NCBI GenBank assembly: GCA_048538235.1
Contig: JBLYPX010000001.1
Coordinates: 264,013-328,012 of the forward strand
Source: Candidatus Komeilibacteria bacterium
GTDB taxonomy: Bacteria; Patescibacteriota; Patescibacteriia; UBA1558
Reading direction: 5' to 3'
DNA length: 64,000 nucleotides
Each line of letters begins with the position of its first letter. Position 1 is the stretch's first letter. Of this stretch, positions 28,617-39,116 are shown one piece after another. The position numbers were made by a program, and so were the translations under genes. Under the pieces are notes generated by a model that was not told the origin of the DNA, did not search any database, and saw nothing but the letters and a program-made list of their open reading frames with translations.

Positions 28617-29150
28617 ATGCCAAAAACAAGAGAACAAAAGAAAGTAGCTATTGATGAATTAGCAGATAAAATAGTAAGAGCAAAGAGTATTATATTTACT
28701 TCATATGCTGGACTAGATGTTCCTGGTATTGAAGAATTAAGAGCAAAATTTCGTGAACAAGGTGTTGAGTATAAAGCTGGTAATAAGAATTTAATAAACA
28801 TTGCTCTAGATAATGCTAAGATTGAACATGAAGATATTACTAAATTAGAAGGAAGTATTGCAGCTGCATTTAGTACTGAAGATGAAGTTTCAGCAGCTAA
28901 GCTAGCTAAAGACTTTTCTAAAACTAATAAGAATTTAGGAATCAGAGCTGGTATTTTAAAGATCGGAGATGATTGGAAGTATTTATCTGAAGCAGAGGTT
29001 ATGAATTTAGCAAATCTACCTAGCCGTGAAGAATTATTAGCTAAGGTAGTTGGATCTATTAAGGCTCCTGTAACTGGCTTTGTAAATGTATTAGCTGGTA
29101 ATATGAGAGGCTTGGTAAACGTATTAAATGCGATTAAAGATACAAAGTAA
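28617..29150 (+). CDS. rplJ: 50S ribosomal protein L10
   Basis: L10 fold sequence; conserved position immediately upstream of rplL. Confidence 0.9.
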   Translation: MPKTREQKKVAIDELADKIVRAKSIIFTSYAGLDVPGIEELRAKFREQGVEYKAGNKNLINIALDNAKIEHEDITKLEGSIAAAFSTEDEVSAAKLAKDFSKTNKNLGIRAGILKIGDDWKYLSEAEVMNLANLPSREELLAKVVGSIKAPVTGFVNVLAGNMRGLVNVLNAIKDTK

Positions 29151-29191
29151 TTTGTATATTAATATATTAATAAATATTTAAGAAAAATATT

Positions 29192-29641
29192 ATGGCAGAC
29201 GAAGAAAAAAAAGTAGCTGATGCTAAAGCTGAAGAAGCTACTGAAGAAAAAAAGGACGTAGAAGTTCCTGCAAAGTTTAAGAGCTTAGTTGAAGAGATTG
29301 AAAAAATGTCAGTTCTAGATTTATCTGAATTGGTATCAATCTTAGAAGATAAGTTCGGCGTATCTAGTGCTGCACCTGTAATGGCTATGGCTGCTGGAGC
29401 CGCTGCTGGCGGTGAAGCTGCTGAAGAAAAGAGTGAATTCAATGTTGAATTGACTGGAGCAGGTGAGGCTAAGATTAATGTAATTAAAGCTATTCGTGAA
29501 ATTACAGAACTTGGTCTTAAAGAAGCAAAAGATATGGTAGATGGTGCACCAACTATGATTAAAGAAGGTGTTAAGAAAGAAGAGGCTGAAGAGATGAAGA
29601 AGAAGATTGAAGAAGCTGGTGGTACTGTTACATTGAAATAA
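29192..29641 (+). CDS. rplL: 50S ribosomal protein L7/L12 (with about 28-aa acidic/Lys-rich N-terminal extension)
   Basis: C-terminal '[27 protein letters not shown]...' and Ala/Gly hinge '[16 protein letters not shown]'. Confidence 0.9.
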   Translation: MADEEKKVADAKAEEATEEKKDVEVPAKFKSLVEEIEKMSVLDLSELVSILEDKFGVSSAAPVMAMAAGAAAGGEAAEEKSEFNVELTGAGEAKINVIKAIREITELGLKEAKDMVDGAPTMIKEGVKKEEAEEMKKKIEEAGGTVTLK

Positions 29642-29656
29642 ATTTATTTCATAAAT

Positions 29657-29690
29657 AAAAACACCTCAGTTTGTACTGAGGTGTTTTTTG
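29657..29690 (+). terminator. rho-independent terminator after rplL
   Basis: CACCTCAG/CTGAGGTG stem and TTTTTTG. Confidence 0.8.
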
Positions 29691-29700
29691 TTATCTATTT

Positions 29701-31869
29701 TTATAGAGGAATAATATATAGTTGTCCGTCAGCTACAATTAGCATCCTTTTAGCTTCTTCTTGAACTGCAAAGTCTACTATATTATTGAACGAGTCAGAA
29801 TGAAATTGCTTTACCAGTTTACCACCTTTGTCAAAAACAAGTGCACGTTTATTATCTGGCTCTAGAATATATATGTCATTAGCATTTAAGTCTGTATATA
29901 GTTTGGTTGGGTTTGTAACTTCAGGGTATATGCTAATACTTGGGAATGATTCTTGTCTGCCATTAATATATTTATCTATACTAGTGCCATTCAATATATA
30001 TACATAACCATCAATAGAGATATCTTTTGTATTGGCAAGGTCATTATTTTCTTTAAGCCAGGTGTCTGGTGATAAATATGTTGTCCCAGATAATCTGTGT
30101 CTATATATTTGATCTGTAGCTGCATCTAGAATATATAGTCTGTTATAGAAACTGGTCATAGCAGTTATATCTTGTAAACCAGCTGCTAAAGATATTAGAA
30201 CGGGTTGCAAGCCTTCTGTGGTAGCTATGAAGAATTGTTTATTATTATCTACAACTAGTATATCTTGAGCTGGTGAAATAGCAGTTTTATCTAAACCAGC
30301 AAAATTACTTGGATAATCTACTGTTTGGTAACCTTTATCTGTTAAGTCAAAGATGTAGTATTGATTACTGTCTGTAAATATATATGCTTTATCTCCTTCC
30401 ATAGCTATATCTAGGATATTAGCATTATTGTTTATTTCTTTAATATTAAATAAAGAAACTGGAGCATCTATTTCCATGATATTCCAAATACGTTCAGTTA
30501 ATATATTTGCTCTTTGATTAAGGGCATCTATTTCAGCTTGGTATTTCTTACTTTCAGCTGGTAATGGTTCTAATAGATCTAAGATCTCTGTTAATATTCC
30601 TTGTGCTTTAATTCTATCTCCATATATTAAAGAAGCTTCAATTGTTTCTTCACGATTCTTTAATTCAAGATCAATATTAGTTAATTGTTCTTCTGTCAAA
30701 TTACTAGTATCACCCTTAGGCACTATTATTAAAAGTAGAATAATAATTAAAGCAATAATTGCAGATAATATTATCTTAGATTTTTTATTTAATTTAATAT
30801 CTTTTATCTTATTAGGTATTTTTATCTTAGGTAGCTGCTTATTAGGTTTAACAAGGGCCATTATTAATATATACAGTCTTTTTACTAGATAAACTAAGAT
30901 TTGGAATATGAATTTTATTCCTAACCATATATATGTAAACAGTAAACCTATATATTTAAATATCTTACTTAAAATACCAGCCTCTTTTAAACTAGTTGTT
31001 AAATTATCCATACCAGCTTTAATTGTTTGCCAAGAAGAGGGGACAGTTAATACTCTTTGTGTTTCACTTTGTGTATTTATTAATCTATCTATAGATTCTC
31101 GTGAATGTCTAACAGCTTCTCTTGGTATTTTGGTAGTTTGAGCTACATTTTCAACTTCTTGCTGCCTTTCTTTATGGGCAATAAAGGCTGGCACTGGTTG
31201 TTCTGAGTCTACTTCACTGTTTTTTATTATTAAACTAGCAAAAGTAACATGTGTTGGAACTTCTGCAACCATATTTTTTATTTGCTCTGCTGCAGACTTA
31301 GCTGGAATAGTAGATAATATCTTTCTAATCTTATCTAAAGCTAAATAATCTAGTAATGATGGATTGGTTAAGATAAAACTTAAGCCATGGTCTAGATTAC
31401 CAGTAATAACATTTTCAAAAAGTTTAATAGGGTTAATTGGTGGGGGAGTTTTACCTAAAACATCTATCGCTTTTGTCTTGTGCATCAAAAATCCTCTCCA
31501 CTCTCCGATATAAGCTATATTTAAAACATTATCTTTAAGATTACCAACTATAATATTTAATTGACCTAATATCTTTTTCTGTTCTGGTAAATTTTCTGGT
31601 AACCATTTATTTAAATCATTCAGAGTGTGTTCTAAAAGTTTTGTTGAATCTTCAAGATGTGATTCATAATATGTATGTTTAGCTCTGTCTATAAAGGCTC
31701 CTAAAAATCTTTCATAATCTGGCTTAGGATTTTGCATATTAGCCAAGATAAAAAAATGACCCTTTTGCTCTACTGAAGATTGGTCATCTACAATGTACAC
31801 ATCGCCTAAGGCGTGAGCATGAATAGGGTCTTGTATGAATATGCTAGATAATTGTATATTTTTGGTCAT
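29701..31869 (-). CDS. large hypothetical membrane protein: cytoplasmic N-domain, two TM, coiled coil, C-terminal repeat/beta-rich domain
   Basis: 722-aa ORF. Hydrophobic segments at about residues 305-340 and 360-385. Heptad-rich region, then a Tyr/Asp-rich C-terminal domain. Confidence 0.6.
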   Translation of the reverse strand: MTKNIQLSSIFIQDPIHAHALGDVYIVDDQSSVEQKGHFFILANMQNPKPDYERFLGAFIDRAKHTYYESHLEDSTKLLEHTLNDLNKWLPENLPEQKKILGQLNIIVGNLKDNVLNIAYIGEWRGFLMHKTKAIDVLGKTPPPINPIKLFENVITGNLDHGLSFILTNPSLLDYLALDKIRKILSTIPAKSAAEQIKNMVAEVPTHVTFASLIIKNSEVDSEQPVPAFIAHKERQQEVENVAQTTKIPREAVRHSRESIDRLINTQSETQRVLTVPSSWQTIKAGMDNLTTSLKEAGILSKIFKYIGLLFTYIWLGIKFIFQILVYLVKRLYILIMALVKPNKQLPKIKIPNKIKDIKLNKKSKIILSAIIALIIILLLIIVPKGDTSNLTEEQLTNIDLELKNREETIEASLIYGDRIKAQGILTEILDLLEPLPAESKKYQAEIDALNQRANILTERIWNIMEIDAPVSLFNIKEINNNANILDIAMEGDKAYIFTDSNQYYIFDLTDKGYQTVDYPSNFAGLDKTAISPAQDILVVDNNKQFFIATTEGLQPVLISLAAGLQDITAMTSFYNRLYILDAATDQIYRHRLSGTTYLSPDTWLKENNDLANTKDISIDGYVYILNGTSIDKYINGRQESFPSISIYPEVTNPTKLYTDLNANDIYILEPDNKRALVFDKGGKLVKQFHSDSFNNIVDFAVQEEAKRMLIVADGQLYIIPL

Positions 31870-31939
31870 TGATTTGCAAAATTAGCCAAACTTATTATAC
31901 TATATTTGGTAATGATAAGTAAAACCTATTTTTTATTGT

Positions 31940-32500
31940 ATGCTAGAACAATTATTTAGTTCAAGAACTAGAGAAAAATTATTGAATTTATTCCTTTTTA
32001 ACCAAGAAAAGAGGTTTTATGTTAGGGAAATTACAAGAGTTATTGGAGAAAGATTAAACTCAGTTAGAAGAGAGTTGGCTAATTTAGAGAGATTTAACCT
32101 AATTATTTCAGAAGAAGAGGATAGAAGAAAGTATTATTATTTAAACCAGGAGTTTATTTTATTACCAGAGATGACTAGTTTGTTTGTTAAAGCAAGACTT
32201 CTCTGGGAGAATAAGATATTGGAATCAACTAAAAAGTATGACGGTATTCGTTATTTATCTTTAGTTGGTTTTTTTGTAGATGATGAAGAAGCTAAGACAG
32301 ATATTGTAATTGTGGGTAGAATTAACAAAACAGACTTAGCTAGCTTTATTAGAGAAATAGAAAAGATAACTAATCAACCATTAAGGTATACACATTTTAC
32401 AACTAAGGAATATAATTATAGACACAGCATGACAGATAGATTTTTATATGACTTATTAGAGAGAAAGTCTATTGTATTAATTAATAGGTTAAATAAATGA
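31940..32500 (+). CDS. hypothetical protein, possible winged-helix regulator
   Basis: N-terminal 'REITRVIGERLNSVRRELANLERFNLI', HTH-like. Low confidence. Confidence 0.4.
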   Translation: MLEQLFSSRTREKLLNLFLFNQEKRFYVREITRVIGERLNSVRRELANLERFNLIISEEEDRRKYYYLNQEFILLPEMTSLFVKARLLWENKILESTKKYDGIRYLSLVGFFVDDEEAKTDIVIVGRINKTDLASFIREIEKITNQPLRYTHFTTKEYNYRHSMTDRFLYDLLERKSIVLINRLNK

Positions 32501-32886
32501 TATTAATATTTAAAGTTAATACAGAAGGTGTAGATTTAAAACTAGTTAAACCAACTAGTGTTATTACCAAGTCTGTTAAAGCAGATAAGAATGTATTACT
32601 TAATCACGTTGTTGAGTGGTTAGAACAAGAAGGTGTAAAACTAACTCAATTACAAGCCTTAGCTGTTTTTTATAGCCCTGCTTCTTTTTCATTATTAAGA
32701 GCTGTTACTAGTATTGCTAATACTTTAGCTTGGAGTTTAGGAATAGCTGTTTATAAGATAAAAGGTAAGGATGCGTCAGATGTTGAACTTGCTAAAGCTT
32801 TAAAAACTAAGATTAAGGGTAAGTCATCCCCATCATTTATTATTCCAGAGTATTATAAAGATCCCAATATAACTAGTAGTAAATAA
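32497..32886 (+). CDS. hypothetical protein
   Basis: 129-aa ORF overlapping the previous stop. Confidence 0.45.
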   Translation: MILIFKVNTEGVDLKLVKPTSVITKSVKADKNVLLNHVVEWLEQEGVKLTQLQALAVFYSPASFSLLRAVTSIANTLAWSLGIAVYKIKGKDASDVELAKALKTKIKGKSSPSFIIPEYYKDPNITSSK

Positions 32887-33066
32887 AAATAGCTTAAAAT
32901 ATTAAATAGCCAAATCCTTGGCTATTTTTTGTTTTTATGTCCTAGTATTGAAATGGTTGAACATATCTACAATGTGGTGTATAATAGTTATAGAGAGGTG
33001 AAAAGTGGGAAAATGTGGGGATAACCCCATTAAACTGTTAATAACTATATAAAAAAGAAACAAAAT

Positions 33067-33498
33067 ATGTTAATTGGTGAATATTATCACAGTGTAGACA
33101 CTAAAGGCAGAATGGCACTTCCTGCTAAGTTTCGTCAGGTTTTCAAATCAGGAGCAGTTATCACAAGAGGTTTAGATAACTGCCTTTTTATTTACCCTAA
33201 AAAAGATTGGCAAAAGCTGGCAGATAAGTTAGCAGCTTTACCAATTAGTCAGGCTAAAACAAGAGCTTTTGCACGTTTAATGTTAGCTGGGGCTATGGAT
33301 GTGTCTTTAGATAAGCAGGGAAGAGTTAACTTGCCAGATTATCTAACCACATATGCTAAGTTGGGTAAGAAGGTTGTTATTACAGGTTTGTATGACAGAT
33401 TAGAAATTTGGGATGAAAAGGAATGGAGTAAGTATAGTAAACAAACTGAAGCAAACAGTTCAGACATAGCTGAAGCATTAAGTGAGTTGGGTGTCTAA
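33067..33498 (+). CDS. mraZ: transcriptional regulator MraZ
   Basis: 'YYHSVDTKGRMALPAKFR' and a second 'DKQGRVNLP' repeat. Confidence 0.92.
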   Translation: MLIGEYYHSVDTKGRMALPAKFRQVFKSGAVITRGLDNCLFIYPKKDWQKLADKLAALPISQAKTRAFARLMLAGAMDVSLDKQGRVNLPDYLTTYAKLGKKVVITGLYDRLEIWDEKEWSKYSKQTEANSSDIAEALSELGV

Positions 33499-33503
33499 AA
33501 CAT

Positions 33504-34439
33504 ATGGAAGAACACACCCCTGTACTATTATCTGAGTTAATTGCTGGCCTCTCAATAGAGCCTGGTAAAGATTATATAGATTGCACATTAGGTGCTGGCG
33601 GTCATGCTAAGAGAGTTCTAGATTTAAATAGTCCAAGTGGTAAAGTTTACGGGTTTGATCTAGATAAGAGAGCGATAGCGATTGCTAAGAAGAATTTGAG
33701 TGAGTATGTAGATAGAGTTATATATATAAATGAAAATTACAGCTCTTTAGAAGAAATAATAGAGGAGTATAAGATAAATAAAAAAAACATTGCTGGTATA
33801 TATGTAGACCTTGGTACTTCATCAATGCAACTAGCAGACACGAATAAGGGTTTTAGTTTTCAGATAGACGCACCACTTAATATGCAATTTGGAGATACAG
33901 ATGGTGTAACAGCAGCTGATGTATTAAATAATTGGTCAGAAGCAGAGATTGGTAAGATATTAAAAGAGTATGGTGAAGAAAAGTTTTGGAAATTAATTGC
34001 AAACAGAATTGTAAAGAGAAGAAAAACAAAACAGTTTGTAACAACAAAAGATTTAGTTGATCTTATTCAGGAAATTAAACCACGACATGCATTGGATAGA
34101 ATTCATCCAGCTACAAAAACATTCCAAGCTTTACGTATTGCAGTAAATGATGAATTAAATAATTTAAAAGATTTCTTGAAAATAGCAGTTAAAGCATTAC
34201 CAAGTAGAGGAAGATTAGCAGTTATATCCTTTCACTCATTAGAGGATAGAATTGTAAAACAGATGTTTAAAGAAATGAGTATAGATTGTATTTGCCCGCC
34301 AGAATTACCACAATGTGTTTGTAATCATAAGGCAAGTATAAAGAAAATTACTAAAAAACCTATTGTACCTAGCGAAGGCGAAATAAGTACTAATCCCCGT
34401 GCTCGCAGCGCTAAGTTAAGAATAGTAGAGAAGTTATAA
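33504..34439 (+). CDS. rsmH: 16S rRNA (cytosine1402-N4)-methyltransferase
   Basis: 'HTPVLL...DCTLGAGGHA' and 'ISFHSLEDR' motifs. Confidence 0.92.
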   Translation: MEEHTPVLLSELIAGLSIEPGKDYIDCTLGAGGHAKRVLDLNSPSGKVYGFDLDKRAIAIAKKNLSEYVDRVIYINENYSSLEEIIEEYKINKKNIAGIYVDLGTSSMQLADTNKGFSFQIDAPLNMQFGDTDGVTAADVLNNWSEAEIGKILKEYGEEKFWKLIANRIVKRRKTKQFVTTKDLVDLIQEIKPRHALDRIHPATKTFQALRIAVNDELNNLKDFLKIAVKALPSRGRLAVISFHSLEDRIVKQMFKEMSIDCICPPELPQCVCNHKASIKKITKKPIVPSEGEISTNPRARSAKLRIVEKL

Positions 34440-34481
34440 TAATTAATTTTAATAAATAGCAAAAATTAAAAAATAAAAAAT

Positions 34482-34808
34482 ATGCGAGGGCCAAAATCAA
34501 AACCACTAAGTGGTAATTTAACAAATTTTTTTAATGTTGGAAAATTACGTTCTTTATTAATTTTCAGCGCAGTTGTGTCAGTATTTATTTACATGTTTGT
34601 TGTAAATAATTCAGCCACATTAGGAATAGCTATTTCTGAACAACAAAGAAATATCTATGAATTGCAAGAGCAAAACAGAGAATTGCAATTGCAAATTACT
34701 AATCTAAGGGCAATATCTCGTATTGAGGAGATTGCAAATGATTTGAATATGGTTGAAGTTGACCACTATAGTTATGTTGGTGGTGACGCAGTTGTTGCTG
34801 TTAAATAA
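34482..34808 (+). CDS. ftsL: FtsL/DivIC-like cell-division protein (TM plus coiled coil)
   Basis: Single TM followed by the 'ELQEQNRELQLQITNLRA' coiled coil. Conserved position between rsmH and ftsI. Confidence 0.55.
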   Translation: MRGPKSKPLSGNLTNFFNVGKLRSLLIFSAVVSVFIYMFVVNNSATLGIAISEQQRNIYELQEQNRELQLQITNLRAISRIEEIANDLNMVEVDHYSYVGGDAVVAVK

Positions 34809-34890
34809 GTGACGGATCAAATATTCGTGACTCCCATGCCTGAGAAATATAAGCCCTCTTAAAGTTTTTGAGGGCTTTAAGTTTATTCTT

Positions 34891-36636
34891 ATGCACCGTA
34901 TTAGAAAAAAAGACAACTACATAGATAATCGTTTAGCTGTTTTAATGACAGTTATTTTAGCTTTTGTAATACTTTTAACTGGTAAGTTAGCTATTATACA
35001 AATTTTTCAACATAGTAAGTATCAAGCACTAGCTGAAAGTCAGTATAAAATTGATGCAGAGATATCTCCTAATAGAGGTGAAATATATTTGCAAGACTAT
35101 AAAGATAGTTCAAAGATTTACCCTTATGCTACTAATCGCAAATATTATTTAGCCTATGCTAATACAACAGAGGTTAAATATCCAAAAGATATATTAGATA
35201 AACTAATTGAAGTATTAAAAATAGAGGATGAGGATCAGCAAGATATTATTTTAGATAGACTTTTAAAAGAAGATGATATCTATGAGCCATTACATAGAAA
35301 AGTAACAGATGAGCAGAAAAAGGCATTGGAAGAGTATGAATTGCCAGGTATACATTTTATTGAAGAGGTTTGGAGATATTATCCTGAAAACGCAATCGGT
35401 GGACATCTACTTGGTTTTGTCGGTTATACAGATAATGGTTATCAGGGGCAATATGGTTTAGAGGGTTATTACAATGAGGAATTATCTGGTCAAATTGGAC
35501 GCATGCAATACCATAGAGATGTTTTGGGTAGAATTATTCCAACTGGAGATAGAGTTTATGAAAGGGCAGAGGATGGTTTTGATTTAATTTTAACTATAGA
35601 TAGATCTCTACAGTTTCAAACTTGTTCATTATTAGAAAAGCATGCAGTTAAGTATGGCGCTGAAATTGGCACTGTAATTATTATGGAACCTAATACTGGA
35701 GCTATTATGGCTATGTGTTCTTATCCAGATTTTAATCCCAATGAATACAATATGGTGGAGAGTATAGATATATATAATAATCCAGCTATATTTACAGCCT
35801 ATGAACCGGGATCTGTTTTTAAAGCAATAACTGTGGCTGCTGCTATTGATCAAGGAAAAGTAGATCCAAACAGTACATATAATGATACTGGTTCTGTTGA
35901 AATAGGTAAGTATACAATTAAAAATGCTGAGGAAAAATCATATGGCGAGCAAACAGTTACACAAATTTTAGAAAAGAGTATTAATACTGGTGCAATCTGG
36001 GTAGCACAACAAGTTGGTATGAATAAATTTAGAGACTATGTTGAGAATTTTGGATTTGGTTCATTAACTGGCATATCTTTAAATAAAGAAGTGGCTGGTA
36101 ATATTAGTTCATTAGACAAGAAGAGCGACATTTTTTTAGCTACTGCTTCCTATGGACAGGGTATAACCGCAACGCCTATTCAATTAATAACTGCTTTTGC
36201 AGCACTAGCTAATGGTGGTAAATTAATGAAGCCATATGTAGTAGATAAAATTGTTTTTTCATCTGGTGTTGAGGAAGAAAACAAACCAGTAGTTGTTAGA
36301 CAAGTAATATCACCAAAGACTAGTATGACAGTATCTGCAATGCTTGCTAGCGTGGTTGAATCTGGTCACGCAAAATTAGCAGGTGTTGATGGTTACTATA
36401 TTGGTGGTAAAACAGGCACAGCTCAAGTGGCTAACTCAAACACTGGTGAGTATGATAAGGACCAAACAATACATACCTTTATTGGTTTTGCTCCGATAGA
36501 TAATCCTAAATTCGTTATGCTTACTAAGTTTGACCACCCAACCAATGTTCAGTTTGCAGCTTCGTCAGCCGCCCCATTATTTAGTGAATTAGCACAGTTT
36601 ATCTTACAATATTTACAAGTACCTACAGAAAAGTAA
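34891..36636 (+). CDS. ftsI: penicillin-binding protein (FtsI/PBP2-type transpeptidase)
   Basis: N-terminal TM; SxxK ('GSVFK'), SxN ('SINTG') and KTGT ('GKTGTAQ') motifs. Confidence 0.88.
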   Translation: MHRIRKKDNYIDNRLAVLMTVILAFVILLTGKLAIIQIFQHSKYQALAESQYKIDAEISPNRGEIYLQDYKDSSKIYPYATNRKYYLAYANTTEVKYPKDILDKLIEVLKIEDEDQQDIILDRLLKEDDIYEPLHRKVTDEQKKALEEYELPGIHFIEEVWRYYPENAIGGHLLGFVGYTDNGYQGQYGLEGYYNEELSGQIGRMQYHRDVLGRIIPTGDRVYERAEDGFDLILTIDRSLQFQTCSLLEKHAVKYGAEIGTVIIMEPNTGAIMAMCSYPDFNPNEYNMVESIDIYNNPAIFTAYEPGSVFKAITVAAAIDQGKVDPNSTYNDTGSVEIGKYTIKNAEEKSYGEQTVTQILEKSINTGAIWVAQQVGMNKFRDYVENFGFGSLTGISLNKEVAGNISSLDKKSDIFLATASYGQGITATPIQLITAFAALANGGKLMKPYVVDKIVFSSGVEEENKPVVVRQVISPKTSMTVSAMLASVVESGHAKLAGVDGYYIGGKTGTAQVANSNTGEYDKDQTIHTFIGFAPIDNPKFVMLTKFDHPTNVQFAASSAAPLFSELAQFILQYLQVPTEK

Positions 36637-36658
36637 GATATTAAGATATAATACAAAT

Positions 36659-37939
36659 ATGCAGAAAATATTACATTTCATACTTAAAATTTTAGCAGCC
36701 GGAATACTAAAAAAATATAATCCAGATATTATTGGTATTACGGGTAGTGTTGGTAAAACAAGTTGTAAAGAAGCAGTTTTTGCCGTCTTGTCTGCTAATT
36801 TTAATGTTAGAAAAAATATTAAGAACTACAATAATGAAATAGGTGTACCCTTAACAATTATTGGTGAGTACTCGGGTAATAGATCTGTATTTAAATGGTT
36901 AAAGGTAATATTTAAAGGATTAAAATTAATTTTTAAGAAAGATTATTCTTATCCAGAAATATTAATACTTGAAATGGGTGCAGATAAACCAGGAGATATT
37001 CAGTACTTACTTTCTTTCATAAAGTGTAAGATTGGAATCTTAACAGCTGTTTCAGACGCACATATAGAATTCTTTGGTACTCAAAATAAGATAGCTGCAG
37101 AAAAGAGATTAATCATTAGTGAGCTTTCAAAAGATGGTTGGGCAATAATAAATAAAGATAATGAATTAGCATGGGCTCAAAAAGCCCACACCAAAGCTAA
37201 TGTTATGAGTTTTGGCATACATAATGAATCAGCAGTTCACGCTGATGACATCATCCTCCTAAGTAGAGGTAATGAACTAGGACTTAATTTTAAATTAAAA
37301 AATGAGGGAACAGTTGTGCCAGTATTTTTACCAAATATTGTTTCTCATCAACATGTATATGCCATTTTAGCAGGAGTTGCTGTTGGAATTATATATAATT
37401 TAAATTTAGTAGCTATTTCAGAATTAGTACAAAAGTATAAAGGAATAGCTGGCAGAACTAGACTTATACCAGGCATTAAGCATACGCAGTTAATAGATGA
37501 TACATATAATTCTTCACCGATTGCTGTAAAGGCAGCTGTTGATCTATTATTAACACTACCTAAGGAAGATGAAGCTAGAACATATGTAGTACTGGGAGAT
37601 ATGCTTGAGCTTGGTAAGAAAACAGAAACAGAACATAGATCAGTTGGAGAATATATTGCAAAGCATAATGTAGATAGATTAATAACAGTCGGTGAAATTG
37701 CTAGAGATATAGCCAGAGGTGCGAAAGAAGCTGGTATGTTGGAAGAGCATGTATATTCATTTACTAAACATGATGAAGCTGGTCATTTTATTCAAAATAG
37801 AATTAAAGAAGGAGATATTATTCTTATTAAGGGATCACAAGGCGCTAGAATGGAACGTATTACTAAAGAAATTATGGCTGAGCCAAATAGGGCAGCCGAG
37901 TTATTAGTTAGACAAGAAGATAGTTGGCTTAATAGATAG
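36659..37939 (+). CDS. murF: Mur ligase, MurF-like (UDP-MurNAc-tripeptide--D-Ala-D-Ala ligase)
   Basis: 'IGITGSVGKTSCKE' P-loop; 'DDTYNSSPIAVKAA' MurF-like C-domain block. MurE cannot be fully excluded. Confidence 0.65.
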   Translation: MQKILHFILKILAAGILKKYNPDIIGITGSVGKTSCKEAVFAVLSANFNVRKNIKNYNNEIGVPLTIIGEYSGNRSVFKWLKVIFKGLKLIFKKDYSYPEILILEMGADKPGDIQYLLSFIKCKIGILTAVSDAHIEFFGTQNKIAAEKRLIISELSKDGWAIINKDNELAWAQKAHTKANVMSFGIHNESAVHADDIILLSRGNELGLNFKLKNEGTVVPVFLPNIVSHQHVYAILAGVAVGIIYNLNLVAISELVQKYKGIAGRTRLIPGIKHTQLIDDTYNSSPIAVKAAVDLLLTLPKEDEARTYVVLGDMLELGKKTETEHRSVGEYIAKHNVDRLITVGEIARDIARGAKEAGMLEEHVYSFTKHDEAGHFIQNRIKEGDIILIKGSQGARMERITKEIMAEPNRAAELLVRQEDSWLNR

Positions 37940-37984
37940 ACTTGATTATTTAATATATATTTGTTAATATATCTGCACAATTTT

Positions 37985-38059
37985 GCCGCTATCGTCTAAC
38001 GGTTAGGACGTCAGATTCTCAATCTGGTAATCGGGGTTCGATTCCCCGTAGCGGTACCA
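37985..38059 (+). tRNA. tRNA, probably Glu (anticodon CTC), CCA encoded
   Basis: Acceptor GCCGCTA/TAGCGGT (G1-U72); D-arm GTC..GAC; anticodon stem TCAGA/TCTGG with loop TTCTCAA; T-arm CGGGGTTCGATTCCCCG; ACCA. Confidence 0.7.
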
Positions 38060-38106
38060 AAAGATACTCATCATTTGATGGGTATTTTTTATGATATAAT
38101 TAAATT

Positions 38107-38589
38107 ATGAAAAACAAAGGATTTACTTTAATTGAAATATTAGTTGTCATTGGTATTATTGGTATTTTATCTACAATGGTTATTGTTTCTCTTGGTAGCG
38201 TTAGGTATAAAGCAAGAGACACAAAGCGAATAAATGATTTATCTCAAATTGGTAGATTTTTATCCTTTGGCTGTTTAGTTCCAGCAGACGGTGTAGGGGA
38301 ATATGATCTTAATGATTTAATTGCTGAGTATAAAGCTAAGTATCCTCAACAAGCACATTTAATACCAAGTAGTTTAAAAGATCCCAAGACAGGTAATTCA
38401 AATACATCAAATTATACTTATATAATTAATGAAGAAAATGATTGTGCTTTGTATGCTAATTTAGAAAACACTGAGGCTGAGGTTAATTTAACACAAATTA
38501 ATGAAGCTACTCCAAAAGGAGGCATAGGTATCTTTAAAGGAGTAGTAGGTGTTAATGGTTCAAATAAATATTATCAAGTAAGTAATTAA
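38107..38589 (+). CDS. type IV pilin / pseudopilin with prepilin N-terminal methylation motif
   Basis: 'KGFTLIEILVVIGIIGIL' class III signal peptide. Confidence 0.8.
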   Translation: MKNKGFTLIEILVVIGIIGILSTMVIVSLGSVRYKARDTKRINDLSQIGRFLSFGCLVPADGVGEYDLNDLIAEYKAKYPQQAHLIPSSLKDPKTGNSNTSNYTYIINEENDCALYANLENTEAEVNLTQINEATPKGGIGIFKGVVGVNGSNKYYQVSN

Positions 38590-38590
38590 T

Positions 38591-39100
38591 ATGTATAAAA
38601 GAATAGTATATATACTAGCAGTAATGATTGTAATAACAGGCTGTAGTTCTACAAGGATTAATATAAACAGTTTTGATGAATGTATAGCTGCTGGATTTCC
38701 AGTAATGGAAAGTTATCCTAGACAATGCAATGATGGTCAAAATTCATATACTGAATATATTGGTAATGAATTAGATAAGCTAGATTTAATTCAGATAGAT
38801 TATCCTAGACCTAATGCTATTATATCTAGCCCACTAAATATTACTGGTCAAGCAGTAGGTTATTGGTATTTTGAAGCAGATTTTCCAGTAGAATTATATG
38901 ATGCTGGTGGTAATTTATTAGGACAAGGTATAGCTACAGCTCAATCAGATTGGATGACTGAAGACTTTGTACCATTTGAGGTTATTTTAGACTTTGAAAA
39001 ACCAGAAGATAAATATGGTTTATTAATTTTAAGAAAAGACAATCCTTCTGGAGATCCACGATTTAATGACTCTCTAGAGGTGCCGGTTATATTTGAATAG
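38591..39100 (+). CDS. hypothetical lipoprotein
   Basis: Lipobox 'VITGCSS' after the signal peptide. Translationally coupled to the pilin gene. Confidence 0.5.
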   Translation: MYKRIVYILAVMIVITGCSSTRININSFDECIAAGFPVMESYPRQCNDGQNSYTEYIGNELDKLDLIQIDYPRPNAIISSPLNITGQAVGYWYFEADFPVELYDAGGNLLGQGIATAQSDWMTEDFVPFEVILDFEKPEDKYGLLILRKDNPSGDPRFNDSLEVPVIFE

Positions 39101-39116
39101 GTATGTATAAAATATA

